Assembly: GCA_965238075.1 (NCBI GenBank)
Contig: OZ250173.1
Location: forward strand, 928,001-992,000
DNA length: 64,000 bases
DNA from: Candidatus Entotheonellaceae bacterium
Lineage (GTDB): Bacteria; Tectomicrobia; Entotheonellia; Entotheonellales; Entotheonellaceae
Direction of reading: 5' to 3'
Shown piece by piece: positions 40,876 through 50,683 of this stretch. Below the pieces are notes generated by a model. It had not been told where the DNA came from. It saw nothing but the letters and a program-made list of their open reading frames with translations, and did no database searches. Numbering within the stretch: position 1 is the first letter of the stretch; each line of letters begins with the position of its first letter. The translations under genes and the position numbers were made by a program.

Positions 40876-42018
40876 CTAGACGTCGAAACCGAACATCCTG
40901 ACGGCATTATCGGCGGTGATCTTGCGCCGCACCTCGTCGGGCGCATCGGCAAAGATGCGGTCGAGAAACTGCTGCGAGCGCGGCCACGTGGACTCCGCGT
41001 GCGGAAAGTCATTGCCCCACAGCATGTTGTCCGTGCCGATCAGGTCGCGCAGCCGAATGCCGATCTCGTCCTCCATGAACTCCACAAACATGTTGCGCTG
41101 CCAGTAATCGCTGGGCAGCATGCCCTCGCGTGAGCGCCAGCGCTGGTTGATGAGGGGCCGTTCGCGGTAGGTAAAATCCATTTGCTGCAGCCAGTGGGGC
41201 ACCCAGGCGGTTTCGTGTTCCACCGAGCCGACCTTCAGGCGCGGGTAGCGTTCGAAAACGCCCGCGAAGATCATGGCCGTTAGCGAGTAACGCACCCAAT
41301 GGTCCATGGTCGCAAACCCCGCCGCCGTGAGCGCGTTGATGTCGATGGTGAATTCGCAGCCGGGAATGCCGCCCCGGTTGGTGCCGATATGCAGCATCAA
41401 AGGCAGGTTGACGTCCTGCGCGGTCCACCACAGGCGGTCGTAAATGGCGTGCCGGTACGGCCGATCCGGCAGCGGATAAACGGGGATAAAGGCGCCGACC
41501 AGGCCCATTTTGGCGCAGCGCTCCAACTCGTAACAGGCTTCGTCGACGTCGTCGACGTTTAGCATGGCGATGCCCTTGAGGCGTTTGGGATCGGCGTTAC
41601 AAAAGTCGACTATCCAGTTGTTGTAAGCGCTGCACAAAGCCGTCAGCAGGGTACTGTCCTCGATGCGGTACCAGAAGAGTCCCTGACTCGGTTGCAGGCA
41701 GGCACCCCACACGCCGTCCACTTCCAATTCCTCGATCATCGCGTGGGGCTCGTAAGCCGCCTTCTTCACGTCCTCCCATATACCGAGGAAGTCCAGCGAG
41801 CCGGGTTCCTCGAAGCGCTTGCCGGCCTGAATGACGGAGCCGACCGTGCCGCAGCGCATGCCGTCGAGATACCAGGCGTCGTATTCCCGGCCCTGGCGCG
41901 TGCGATGCCGCTCCAGACGCGGGGCGGCGTCTCTGAATTTCGGCTCGATCCGGGTGGCGTAAAGATCGGGCGGCTCAACGATATGGGAATCGGCTGAAAT
42001 GACACTGTAAGCGGCCAT
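40876..42018 (-). CDS. Amidohydrolase_2 family protein
   Basis: ISADSHIVEP, AYNNW, LHIG, GVFERYP.LK, WGNDFPHAES. Confidence 0.92.
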   Translation of the reverse strand: MAAYSVISADSHIVEPPDLYATRIEPKFRDAAPRLERHRTRQGREYDAWYLDGMRCGTVGSVIQAGKRFEEPGSLDFLGIWEDVKKAAYEPHAMIEELEVDGVWGACLQPSQGLFWYRIEDSTLLTALCSAYNNWIVDFCNADPKRLKGIAMLNVDDVDEACYELERCAKMGLVGAFIPVYPLPDRPYRHAIYDRLWWTAQDVNLPLMLHIGTNRGGIPGCEFTIDINALTAAGFATMDHWVRYSLTAMIFAGVFERYPRLKVGSVEHETAWVPHWLQQMDFTYRERPLINQRWRSREGMLPSDYWQRNMFVEFMEDEIGIRLRDLIGTDNMLWGNDFPHAESTWPRSQQFLDRIFADAPDEVRRKITADNAVRMFGFDV

Positions 42019-42212
42019 CGCTCTCTCCTGTGCGCACAAGTAACTGCCGGGCCGGCCTTCCACAGGTCGGCGTCCAAGGCCTCGGGTTTCAAAAAACTGG
42101 CGAGGTATGGTAAACAATGCCCGGCAGGCAGTCAACGCGGCGTCGCGGTGAGCAGCAAGGCGAATGATGCAACGCCCAAAAGCGTCATTCCTTAGCAGGA
42201 AAGGAGTATGTC

Positions 42213-43115
42213 ATGTCTGATGCGATCGGCATCGTCGCTCTTGGCAACGCGGGTTCGGCCATGGCCGCAGCCCTGTCGGGAAAATTGCCGCTGATTGGCT
42301 ACGACCGCGACCCGAACCGCCGCCAAGCGGTGGCTGGATTGGCCATCGAGTGCGTCGACTCGGTGGCAGAGGTGGCGGCCCGCGCCAGGCGGGTCATCCT
42401 GTCGCTGCCGGCGTCGGATATTTCCCAGGCCGTGGTGACCGACCTCCTCGCAGGCGAACGGATTCCCGAGCTCATCATCGAAACGAGCACGGTCACGCCC
42501 AAGGTAGCGCAGACCCTGGACGGTTTGTGCCGCGCGCGCCAAGTGCGCTTCGTGGACGCAGCGATCGCCAGCGGTGTGGCGGCGATGGCGGCGGGGCAGG
42601 TCACCTTCCTGGTAGGCGGCGAGCCGGCGGATGTGGAGCAGGCGCGGCCCGTGCTCACGCCCATGGCCAAGAAGATCATGCACCTGGGTCCGGTCGGCGC
42701 CGGCATGGGCGCCAAGGTGGTGAACAACGCCGTCATGCACGCCGTCATGGTGGTGTTGATCGAAGCCGCTGCCCTGGCCGCCAAGCTGGACATCCCCATG
42801 CCCACCCTGGTCGATCTGCTGGCAGGCGAGGAGGGACTGAAGCGCCCGCTGACCCACCGGGTCTGCGAGCGCATGATGCAAGGCCACTACGACGGCGGCA
42901 TGTCCGTCCTCAATGCCCGTAAGGATTCCACCTTGGCGCTGGAAATCGCCCAGCAGTTGGGCGTGCCGCTTTACGCCATTCAGGCGTCGCACACGCCGTA
43001 CGAGATCGCCGCCGCCAGCGGCTTGGAGAACCTGGATTACGCTGCCCTGGCCACGCTGTGGGAGCAGTGGTGCGGCGTTCGTTTTGTTGACCATTCTCCG
43101 ACCCAAGAGGAATGA
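42213..43115 (+). CDS. NAD(P)-dependent oxidoreductase, 3-hydroxyisobutyrate dehydrogenase family
   Basis: ALGNAG, ETSTVTP, FVDAAI, G.VGAG..AKVVNN, KD..LA. Confidence 0.88.
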   Translation: MSDAIGIVALGNAGSAMAAALSGKLPLIGYDRDPNRRQAVAGLAIECVDSVAEVAARARRVILSLPASDISQAVVTDLLAGERIPELIIETSTVTPKVAQTLDGLCRARQVRFVDAAIASGVAAMAAGQVTFLVGGEPADVEQARPVLTPMAKKIMHLGPVGAGMGAKVVNNAVMHAVMVVLIEAAALAAKLDIPMPTLVDLLAGEEGLKRPLTHRVCERMMQGHYDGGMSVLNARKDSTLALEIAQQLGVPLYAIQASHTPYEIAAASGLENLDYAALATLWEQWCGVRFVDHSPTQEE

Positions 43116-43546
43116 CGTTGAGATGAAGAATACTCTGGGCGGACTCGTCTTGACTCGTCCGCGTTACGCCGTAGCACAGAACGCTCACTGATGCGCGAAG
43201 TACAAGTAGGCCGCTATACTCCAACCGAGTCTCTCATAGCAGACCTGCCCGCTCGACTTTACGAACGACACCACTCTCGGCAACCTGTAACGGGGCGATG
43301 GTCAGACGGGGTATAACTACTGATCTGCGGTAGGAAGAAGTTTTGGAACTCAACGAACGAAAGCGAATGCAGTTGTCGCTGTAAGAACCGACAAACCAAA
43401 AAATAGTGGTAAGGCCAGGAGCGAGCCTTCTGGCTTCTACGGAACGGCGCTCGGATTGTCCATTCTCGGCCTAGGGCCTGTTGACATTCATATAGTCCAT
43501 CGTCTGTAATTGGCGGGAATTCAACCCCCAATCCCCGATCAGCCAA

Positions 43547-43855
43547 GTGGAGGTGGGCGCATGGTGCGAAGAATCCTCAGCGACTCGCAATGGGCGCGTG
43601 TGGCGCCAGGATATTGACGAAAAGAATCTTGCGATAGTCGTCAACAGGCAGCACCCTCACTGGCGAATGCTTGAAGGCGAGAATTCGATAGAAAACTACT
43701 TGCCGCACTGCGTCTACAATGGTGTCGCAGAGCATCGGGCGGCGCGGAAAAAGAGACTTGAGTCAGACACGGTGAAGAGACTCAAGGACAACTATCTGAG
43801 GGTTGTGTTTGAATTGCTGCAGAGCGCTGAAGATGAAGAGAATGGAACAGGGTAA
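43547..43855 (+). pseudogene. Low-GC gene remnant, probably the 3' end of a larger protein
   Basis: Protein-like C-terminal sequence (IVVNRQHPHW...LKDNYLR) with no clear RBS or start. Confidence 0.4.
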
Positions 43856-43914
43856 ATTGGTAATGCCTGCACGTTCATAAATGGCCATGGTGAACCCCAA
43901 AGAAAGGTTGTCGG

Positions 43915-44130
43915 ATGAAGAACGAATTCACAGCAATTATTGAGCAGGACGGGGAATGGTTCATTGCCTACTGTCCCGAAATTCCGGGGGCAAACGGTCA
44001 GGACAAAACCAAGGACGAGGCACGTGAAAGTTTGGCTGAGGCGATAGCGCTTATCCTCGAGGACCGTAGGGAGGAAGGGTTGCGTGGTGTGCCGCCAGAG
44101 GCCATCCGAGAGACGGTCACCGTCTCGTGA
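43915..44130 (+). CDS. hicB: HicB-family antitoxin (short)
   Basis: FTAIIEQDGEWFIAYCPEIPGANGQ.KT..EA..SL.EAI.LILE. Confidence 0.9.
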   Translation: MKNEFTAIIEQDGEWFIAYCPEIPGANGQDKTKDEARESLAEAIALILEDRREEGLRGVPPEAIRETVTVS

Positions 44131-44315
44131 AACGGAGCAGCTTGCTCCGACATCTTCGGAGGCACGGCTGCCGCCTCAAACGCGAAGGACGTTCTCATTC
44201 GCTGTGATTCAATCCAACCAACGGCGCCGTCGAAACGGTTCCACGTCATGCTGAAATATCCAGCCGCTTAACTCGCAAGATCTGTCGTAGTCTTTCGGTG
44301 CCGGAGGTCGGAGTA
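44127..44315 (+). pseudogene. hicA: HicA-family toxin with premature stop
   Basis: GTG overlaps hicB TGA; MKRSSLLRHLRRHGCRLKREGRSHSL*FNP...VPRHAEI...ICRSL; TGA at 44205-44207; 3' end approximate. Confidence 0.85.
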
Positions 44316-44374
44316 TGCGACCTGCAGATTGACGTGCATTTGGGTTTGTTGAGCAGTGAATCCAGAGATTTGTC

Positions 44375-45067
44375 TCACGGCATCGGCTGCGGGCGGGCAA
44401 CCAGCAGGCCATTATCGCGGGTGACGGGAATGGCAAAAGGATAGCGGTCGATGTGCAGGGCGAGGTCTTTGTCCTGGGGATGGAATTGCGGTTGGGTTGG
44501 GTCGTCGTACTTCTGGGCTTCGTGGCCCACGAGTACCAGTTGGCGAACCGCATCGGGGTCGGGTTGTCGGCCCTGCAAGCAGTTGCGCAGGTACAGAGCG
44601 CACTGCTCATCTTCATCGGCGCGCTGCTTGGAGGCATAACCCATCGCGACGATGCTGACCAGGGCCGGCTGCTGCTGCTGAATGGTCCGCACGGTCGCCG
44701 CGGCGGTGACGAACGATCCCAGGTAAAGTTTCTCGGCCGCCGATGCCGCGGTGGCGCCGACGGTGCCGGCGCGGGTCGATTGAATGACTGTTTTGCCCGT
44801 CAGATCAACGTTTTCGAGTTCGTAGGGTGAATTGCCGTAGTCGAAAGCGTCAGGTTTGACGCCGGCGACCTCGCCCATACAGAGATGTCCGACACCCTGG
44901 CGCCGCAAGGCCAGGGCTTCCTCGACCTCAGCCACCAGGACAATTTTCTCGGCCCCGCGCGCAAAAGCCACCGCCGCGGTCGTAAAGGCGCGGAACACGT
45001 CAATGATAATCGTGGTCCCCACGGCTTCCCGGGCGCCGCGCAACAGGCTGCCGATGCGAATTTCCAC
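44375..45067 (-). CDS. 2-phosphosulfolactate phosphatase family (ComB-like)
   Basis: IIDVFRAFTT, MGE, FDYGNSP, TRAGT, EDEQCA. Confidence 0.85.
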   Translation of the reverse strand: MEIRIGSLLRGAREAVGTTIIIDVFRAFTTAAVAFARGAEKIVLVAEVEEALALRRQGVGHLCMGEVAGVKPDAFDYGNSPYELENVDLTGKTVIQSTRAGTVGATAASAAEKLYLGSFVTAAATVRTIQQQQPALVSIVAMGYASKQRADEDEQCALYLRNCLQGRQPDPDAVRQLVLVGHEAQKYDDPTQPQFHPQDKDLALHIDRYPFAIPVTRDNGLLVARPQPMP

Positions 45068-45091
45068 CTTGTGGCACCTCCCCCAGGGCTT

Positions 45092-46081
45092 TTACAAGCT
45101 GCGTACAGCTTCCATGAAGGCTGGCAGCACCGCCTGCCAATCCGCAACCACACCGTAGCGCGCTTCCCGAAAGATCGGCGCCTCGGCGTCCGTGTTGATC
45201 GCCACAATCACCTTGGCGCCCGAGCATCCCGCCATGTGCTGGCTGGCGCCTGAAATGCCGACCGTGATGTAGAGTTCCGGGGCAATCGTGGTGCCCGTGA
45301 GGCCGATCTGCCAGTAGCCGGGAACCCAGCCGGCGTCCACGGCAGCGCGCGAGGCGCCAACCGCTGCCCCGAGCGTGCCGGCCAGTTCTTCCAAGTCGCG
45401 GAAGGGCTCCGGGCCGCCCAACCCGCGGCCCCCGGAAATGACGACGCGGGCTTCCGTCAGGCTGACGCCGGAATGCTCGTGCCGGATACGCCGCATCACC
45501 CGCGCGCGCGCCTGCGAGGCATCGAGGGCTACTGGTACGGCTACGATCTCGCCTTGCCGGTCTGGGTCCGGTTTCAGCGGCTCGTATGCCTGTGAACGGA
45601 GGACCGCTATCTGCGGCGAGACGGTGCACCGCACACGGGCCAGAAAATTGCCGCCGTACACTGGCCGCAGCGCCGTCAAGCGCCCACTGTCGGGTTCGAA
45701 GCTGACTTCCAGGCAGTCCTGCAGCAGGCCGACGCCCAATCGGCCCGCCAAGCTCGGCGCCCACTCACGCCCCCAGGCCGAGCGGGCAAAAAGAATGACG
45801 TCCGGCGTGACGGCCTGACAAAGGCCGGCCAGCCCGCTCAAGCACAAATCAGCCGGCAAGTCCTGCAACAGCGCGTCATCCACGGTATAGACCCGTTCGG
45901 CACCGGCTTGTATTGCCGTCTCGGCGGCCATCGCCAAGTTGTGCCCGACCAGTCCAACCGTCAGCTCGCCTTCGAGGTCCCGCAGTAATGCTCGGCCAGC
46001 CGCCAGGAGTTCAGCCGTCGTCGGACCGAGGCCCCCGTTGCTGGCTTCCCCAACAATCAGCACCTGTCGTCCCGCCTGCAT
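45092..46081 (-). CDS. etfA: Electron transfer flavoprotein alpha subunit
   Basis: [49 protein letters not shown]. Confidence 0.95.
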   Translation of the reverse strand: MQAGRQVLIVGEASNGGLGPTTAELLAAGRALLRDLEGELTVGLVGHNLAMAAETAIQAGAERVYTVDDALLQDLPADLCLSGLAGLCQAVTPDVILFARSAWGREWAPSLAGRLGVGLLQDCLEVSFEPDSGRLTALRPVYGGNFLARVRCTVSPQIAVLRSQAYEPLKPDPDRQGEIVAVPVALDASQARARVMRRIRHEHSGVSLTEARVVISGGRGLGGPEPFRDLEELAGTLGAAVGASRAAVDAGWVPGYWQIGLTGTTIAPELYITVGISGASQHMAGCSGAKVIVAINTDAEAPIFREARYGVVADWQAVLPAFMEAVRSL

Positions 46082-46104
46082 GCGCGTTACCCCTTTGCGG
46101 TCAC

Positions 46105-46905
46105 TCAGATGAGGCCGGCCTCGTGAAGCGTCGCGGCCAGCTTTTCCCCTGCGGCGGCGCCATCTTCAGCAGCGATGAATTCGCATGCCTGGGAGCGCTG
46201 CGGCAACAGCAGCTCAACGACCTCCACGCAAGCGGACAGAGCGACCGCATCCAGGCTCAAATCGGCGCGCGTCCACACCACGGGGCGCTTGCGCTTTGCC
46301 GCCATCAGGTTCCGCATGTTCGGATAGCGCGGCGCACCGAGCTCGTTGCTCACCGTCACCAGGGCCGGCAGCGCAGCTTCAACCACGTCATAACCATCGG
46401 CTACCAACTGCTCGACGACCACGCGGTCCTGTTCGACTTCCACCTTCTGCGCCAACGGGATACAAGGAACATCAAGCATTTCGGCGAGCAGCAGGGGTAC
46501 CTGGGCGTTGTCCCAGTCCGAGGCTTGGCGGCCGCACAGCAGCAGGTCAAAGGCACCGATCTTGCGGACCGCCGCCGCCAGCACCCGGGCGGTGACCATA
46601 CTGTCCGACAGGTTGGCGAAGGCCGTGTCCTGGCACAAAATCAGCGTGTCGGCTCCCATGCCCAGGGGTTTCTTAATGATGTCCAGACTGAATTGCCCAC
46701 CCACGGAGACCACGGTGACCTTGGCGCCGCAGTTGTCCTTGAGCCGCAGCGCCGCCTCCACGGCAACCTCGTCAAAGCCGTTCACCACCGGGGGCAGCGT
46801 GGCGGGCGTCACCACCTTCCGGGCGTCGTCGCCAATGCGCATGGCCGACAACGGCATGTCCGGATCGATCACCTGTTTGGCCGTCACGATCACGTGCAGC
46901 GCCAT
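46105..46905 (-). CDS. etfB: Electron transfer flavoprotein beta subunit
   Basis: KQVIDP, N.FDEVAVEAALRLK, MGAD, CGRQASD, LPALVTV, PRYP. Confidence 0.95.
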   Translation of the reverse strand: MALHVIVTAKQVIDPDMPLSAMRIGDDARKVVTPATLPPVVNGFDEVAVEAALRLKDNCGAKVTVVSVGGQFSLDIIKKPLGMGADTLILCQDTAFANLSDSMVTARVLAAAVRKIGAFDLLLCGRQASDWDNAQVPLLLAEMLDVPCIPLAQKVEVEQDRVVVEQLVADGYDVVEAALPALVTVSNELGAPRYPNMRNLMAAKRKRPVVWTRADLSLDAVALSACVEVVELLLPQRSQACEFIAAEDGAAAGEKLAATLHEAGLI

Positions 46906-46910
46906 ACCCC

Positions 46911-48413
46911 TTACTCCCCACCAGCGACGTCCGCAGCGGCGCTGGCGCCCGCCAGGCGGCCGAACACGGCGCCGGACGTCAGCCCGGAGCCGCCGGGGTA
47001 GTTGTGATAAAAGACGCCGCCGACCAGCTCGCCGGCGGCGTACAGGTTGGCAATGGGATTGCCTTCGGTGTCGATCACCTGCCCGCGCGTGTCGATCCGC
47101 AGCCCGCCGAAGGTGAAGGTGATGCCGCACGTCACCGCGTAGCCGACGAATGGCGGCGTGTCGATGGGCAAGGCCCAGTTCGACTTGGGCGGCGTAATGC
47201 CCCGGGTCGCCTTGCCGTCGAGTTCGGTCGGATTGTAGTCGCCCGGCTGCACCGCGGCGTTGAACGCCGCGACGGTCTGCTCCAACCCGTCGCGGTCGAT
47301 GCCCAATTGATCCGCCAGGTCCGCCACCGTGGCGGCCTCCGCTTTGGACACCTGAGCGATATGGTACTCGTCCCGTAGCAGGTGTTTGACCTTGTCGTCG
47401 AAGATCTGAACCGCCATGCCCAGCGGTTGGTGCAGGATTTCGCGTCCGTATTTGGCATACGTGTAGTTGCGAAAATCCGCGCCCTCATCGACGAAGCGCT
47501 GGCCCTCGGCGTTGACGATGATGCCGAACGGGTAGGAATGCTTCTGATACAGCTCGGTAATGGTGCGGTCGCCGGTTGGCGGCGCGTTCAGGTCCCAGGC
47601 CACGGCGTGGCAGCCGCTCCAGTGGCCGTACGGCTGGGCGCCGATGTCCAGCGCCATGCGAATGCCGTCGCCGGTGTTGTAGGGGATGCCCCGCACCTTG
47701 GCCAACTCCCAGCCGGGGCCGAGGTAGCGCGTGCGCATCTCGGCGTTGGACTCGAAGCCGCCGCAGGCCAGGATGACGGCCTTGGCGTGCAGGTCCTCAA
47801 ACCCCTGCGGTCCCTGCACCGTCGCGCCGATCACCCTGGCCTGTTGATCCTGCAGCAGCCGCACGCCTTTGGTGGCGTAGCGGGTTTCGACGCCCATGCG
47901 CTCCGCCACGGCGAATTGCTGATCCGACAGACCCTTGCCCGCCCCCACCGCTTCCACCAGCAGGCCGCCCCAGAAGTGGTATTTGTCGCCGCGCTTGAAC
48001 GCCTGGCGCCCAAAGGCGAGCACAAACCGCACACCGTGTTCTTGCAACCACTTGAGGGTCGGGAACGACTCGCTTACCAGAATCTGCGCCAGCTCGGGAT
48101 CGGCGAGACCGTTGGAAACCCGCATCAGATCGTCGTAAAAATCGTCTTCGGTGTACTGTCCGACCTCGACCGAGGCTTCCTCCTGCGGCGACATGTCGGG
48201 AATGAGCTGCTTGAGGTCGTCGAGGCCGTTGTAAGCGCAGCGGATGATGCCGCCGGTGAAGTAGGTGTTACCGCCGCGAAAGTACTCGGGCGCCTTTTCC
48301 AGGGCCAAAACGCTGGCGCCCTGCTCACGCGCCGCGATGGCCGCGCACAGGGCGGCGTTGCCGGCGCCAATGATGATGATATCGTGTTGCTTGCTCACGG
48401 CACTCCTCGTCAT
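46911..48413 (-). CDS. FAD-dependent oxidoreductase, TcuA (tricarballylate dehydrogenase)-like
   Basis: IGAGNAA, EKAP..FRGGN, ACGGFESN, G.RFVDEG, GITFTFGGL, NYPGGSGL..GAVFGR. Confidence 0.85.
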   Translation of the reverse strand: MTRSAVSKQHDIIIIGAGNAALCAAIAAREQGASVLALEKAPEYFRGGNTYFTGGIIRCAYNGLDDLKQLIPDMSPQEEASVEVGQYTEDDFYDDLMRVSNGLADPELAQILVSESFPTLKWLQEHGVRFVLAFGRQAFKRGDKYHFWGGLLVEAVGAGKGLSDQQFAVAERMGVETRYATKGVRLLQDQQARVIGATVQGPQGFEDLHAKAVILACGGFESNAEMRTRYLGPGWELAKVRGIPYNTGDGIRMALDIGAQPYGHWSGCHAVAWDLNAPPTGDRTITELYQKHSYPFGIIVNAEGQRFVDEGADFRNYTYAKYGREILHQPLGMAVQIFDDKVKHLLRDEYHIAQVSKAEAATVADLADQLGIDRDGLEQTVAAFNAAVQPGDYNPTELDGKATRGITPPKSNWALPIDTPPFVGYAVTCGITFTFGGLRIDTRGQVIDTEGNPIANLYAAGELVGGVFYHNYPGGSGLTSGAVFGRLAGASAAADVAGGE

Positions 48414-48426
48414 GAACGGTGTTTCT

Positions 48427-48788
48427 GTGAAAATAGCCGGCGCAACGCCCCCGACCGTCGCAGGGGCACCCCTTGCGGGTGCCCATTGTCACCGTACAGG
48501 CGGGAATCCACAGGGCGGGCACGAGGCCCGCCGGGGGGGAATGTAACCCCCCAACCCCCCCTTGTCAGGGGGCGGTCGACCCGGAATCCATCCAACCCTC
48601 CTTGTCAGGGGGGCGGCGGTCGACCCGGAATCCAGCGACCTTTTGCCCCGGAAGCCTGCCGGATTCCGCCGGAGTGACGGGACTCGAACGCAAGCCAGAA
48701 TCCAGAGTAGAGGCACCACTCCGGAAACCATTTTCATCACCCTTATACGGCCTTAGCAAAGCCTGCCCCCGTGTTTGAACGGGGGGCC
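48427..48788. repeat. Composite cluster of REP-like palindromes
   Basis: GGGCACCC-cttgc-GGGTGCCC; duplicated CAACCC.CCTTGTCAGGGGG...GTCGACCCGGAATCCA; CGCCGGAGTGACGG; CCCCCG hairpin; modules shared with 18385-18521. Confidence 0.85.
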
Positions 48789-48803
48789 ATCGTGATTCCG
48801 GGG

Positions 48804-49769
48804 TTATGAGGACGGCGCGACGATCCAGGGCAGCCGCTCCAGGTCGACGTTGCCGCCGGTCAGCATGACGCCGACGCGCTTGCCGGACACCTCCAGGCGG
48901 TTGTCGAGCAGGGCGGCGACAGGCACCGCGGACGACGGCTCAATGATGATCTTCATGCGCTCCCAGACGTAGCGCATCGCCGCAACGATGGCTTCCTCGT
49001 CCACGGTGACGATCTGCGCGACATGGCGTTGCAGAATGGCGAAGGTGAGTTCGCCGAGCGAGGTGCGCAAACCGTCGGCGATCGTGGTCGGATCATTCGC
49101 CGGCAGAATCTTGCCGGCCGCCAGCGACCGGCAGGCATCATCCGCCGCCGCGGGCTCTGCCCCGATTACTTGGGTGCCGGGGGTGCGCGCCGCCGCGGTC
49201 AGCGCCGTGCCGCTGAGCAAGCCGCCGCCGCCTACGGGCGCCAGAATCACGTCGAGTTCCGGTACCTCGGCGCAAAGCTCCAGGGCCGCGGTGCCTTGGC
49301 CGGCAATGACCTTGGCATTGTCGTAAGGATGGACGAAGGCGGCGCCGGTCTCACGCACCACGGCTTCCAGGGTAGCCTCCCTCGCCTCCTGGGTCGGTTC
49401 GCAATACACAATCGTGCCGCCATAACCGGCCACTGCCGCCTTCTTGCTCGCCGGCGCATTGGTGGGCATCACGATGCGGGCCGACATACCGCGCAAGCGC
49501 GCAGCCAAGGCCAGGGCGGCGCCGTGGTTGCCCGACGAATGCGTGGCGACGCCTCGCTTCGCCTCAGCGTCCGACAGTGACATGACGGCATTGCACGCGC
49601 CGCGGAACTTGAAGGCGCCCGCCTTCTGGAAATTTTCGCACTTGCAGAAGATCCGCGCGCCGACCCGGTCGTCCAGGCTGGAACAGGTCAGCACCGGGGT
49701 GTGGTGCACGAGCCCCTCAACACGGGCTACGGCTTCTTGAACGTCGTCAAATGTTGGGACGGCTGTCAT
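48804..49769 (-). CDS. PLP-dependent serine racemase / hydroxy-amino-acid ammonia-lyase
   Basis: KCENFQKAGAFKFRGA, THSSGNHG, PVGGGGLLSG, TIADGL, EPSSA, GGNVD. Confidence 0.9.
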   Translation of the reverse strand: MTAVPTFDDVQEAVARVEGLVHHTPVLTCSSLDDRVGARIFCKCENFQKAGAFKFRGACNAVMSLSDAEAKRGVATHSSGNHGAALALAARLRGMSARIVMPTNAPASKKAAVAGYGGTIVYCEPTQEAREATLEAVVRETGAAFVHPYDNAKVIAGQGTAALELCAEVPELDVILAPVGGGGLLSGTALTAAARTPGTQVIGAEPAAADDACRSLAAGKILPANDPTTIADGLRTSLGELTFAILQRHVAQIVTVDEEAIVAAMRYVWERMKIIIEPSSAVPVAALLDNRLEVSGKRVGVMLTGGNVDLERLPWIVAPSS

Positions 49770-49903
49770 CTGTTATCTCCAAGCACGGCATGGTTTGCGC
49801 GCCGAAAACCACGCGGTATACAATGCCACCACACGCTGGCCGCATCCTTGCGGAAACCGCCCTCAGCACGGATTTTCCCCCAAATTCAAGGACGATCCCA
49901 TAA

Positions 49904-50617
49904 ATGGCAGACTTCAAAACCCATCTGTCGGTGGCCGGAACCCTCAGCGGCGTCCTGGTGATAGGATGCTTGCAGACCAACCTTGCCGAGCCGAAAGACG
50001 CGCTGTTGTTCTTCACCATGGGAACGGTCGGCGGCATCCTGCCCGACATCGATTCCGACCACTCCGTTCCCGTCAACATCCTGTTCAGTTGCCTGGCTAC
50101 CCTGGCGGCGTTCTTCAGCGTCTTCAGCAAAATCGGCGTCTACTCGATAGCCGAATCGATTCTTCTGTGGATCGTCGTGTTCGTCATCGTGCGCTATCTC
50201 GTCTTCCAGTTATTCAAACGATTCACCGTACACCGCGGCGTCTTTCACTCCCTGCTCGCGGCGGTGTTCTTTTGCTTTCTGAGCACCATTGTGTTGCACG
50301 ATGTCTTTGCGCTGCCCGGCGCTCTGGCGTGGCTCTCAGGCTGTTTCATTGTGGTCGGCTATTTGATTCACTTGCTTCTCGATGAGCTGTACAGCGTGGA
50401 CATGATGGGAGTCCGTTTGAAGAAGTCGTTTGGCACGGCGCTGAAACCGATCAGTTTCAGGTATCTGAAGGCATCCATCGCGCTCATCACCGCCACGCTC
50501 GTGCTGTACTTCTTCGTACCGGAGGTGGCGAGTTTTATCCAGGAGGTAGGCGATGTCAAGCTGTACGACACCCTCAGACAAAACCTGCTGCCGCAAGAGG
50601 GGTGGTTCGGTTTCTGA
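49904..50617 (+). CDS. Membrane-bound metal-dependent hydrolase (YdjM-like)
   Basis: FKTH, LPDIDS, HRGVFHS, HLLLDE. Confidence 0.85.
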   Translation: MADFKTHLSVAGTLSGVLVIGCLQTNLAEPKDALLFFTMGTVGGILPDIDSDHSVPVNILFSCLATLAAFFSVFSKIGVYSIAESILLWIVVFVIVRYLVFQLFKRFTVHRGVFHSLLAAVFFCFLSTIVLHDVFALPGALAWLSGCFIVVGYLIHLLLDELYSVDMMGVRLKKSFGTALKPISFRYLKASIALITATLVLYFFVPEVASFIQEVGDVKLYDTLRQNLLPQEGWFGF

Positions 50618-50683
50618 CCGACCGGTTTTGATCGCAGGAAAACTTGGCCGAGCGGGGACGTTATCAAAACAAGGAGAAATCGT

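Noticed and set aside
43259-43546. 95-aa minus-strand ORF
   Set aside because: TTG start, no RBS, no recognisable motif, and it crosses the IS-like end
43640-43649. GTCAACAGGC as the partner inverted repeat of the 43471 IS-like end
   Set aside because: Only 10 bp match, lacks the terminal CCT, and lies inside protein-like coding sequence
44205-44207. In-frame TGA in hicA as recoding or an alternative genetic code
   Set aside because: TGA ends many genes in this window and Trp is TGG elsewhere; a nonsense mutation is simpler
48540-48645. Possible CRISPR array
   Set aside because: Only two adjacent copies, no unique spacers and no cas genes
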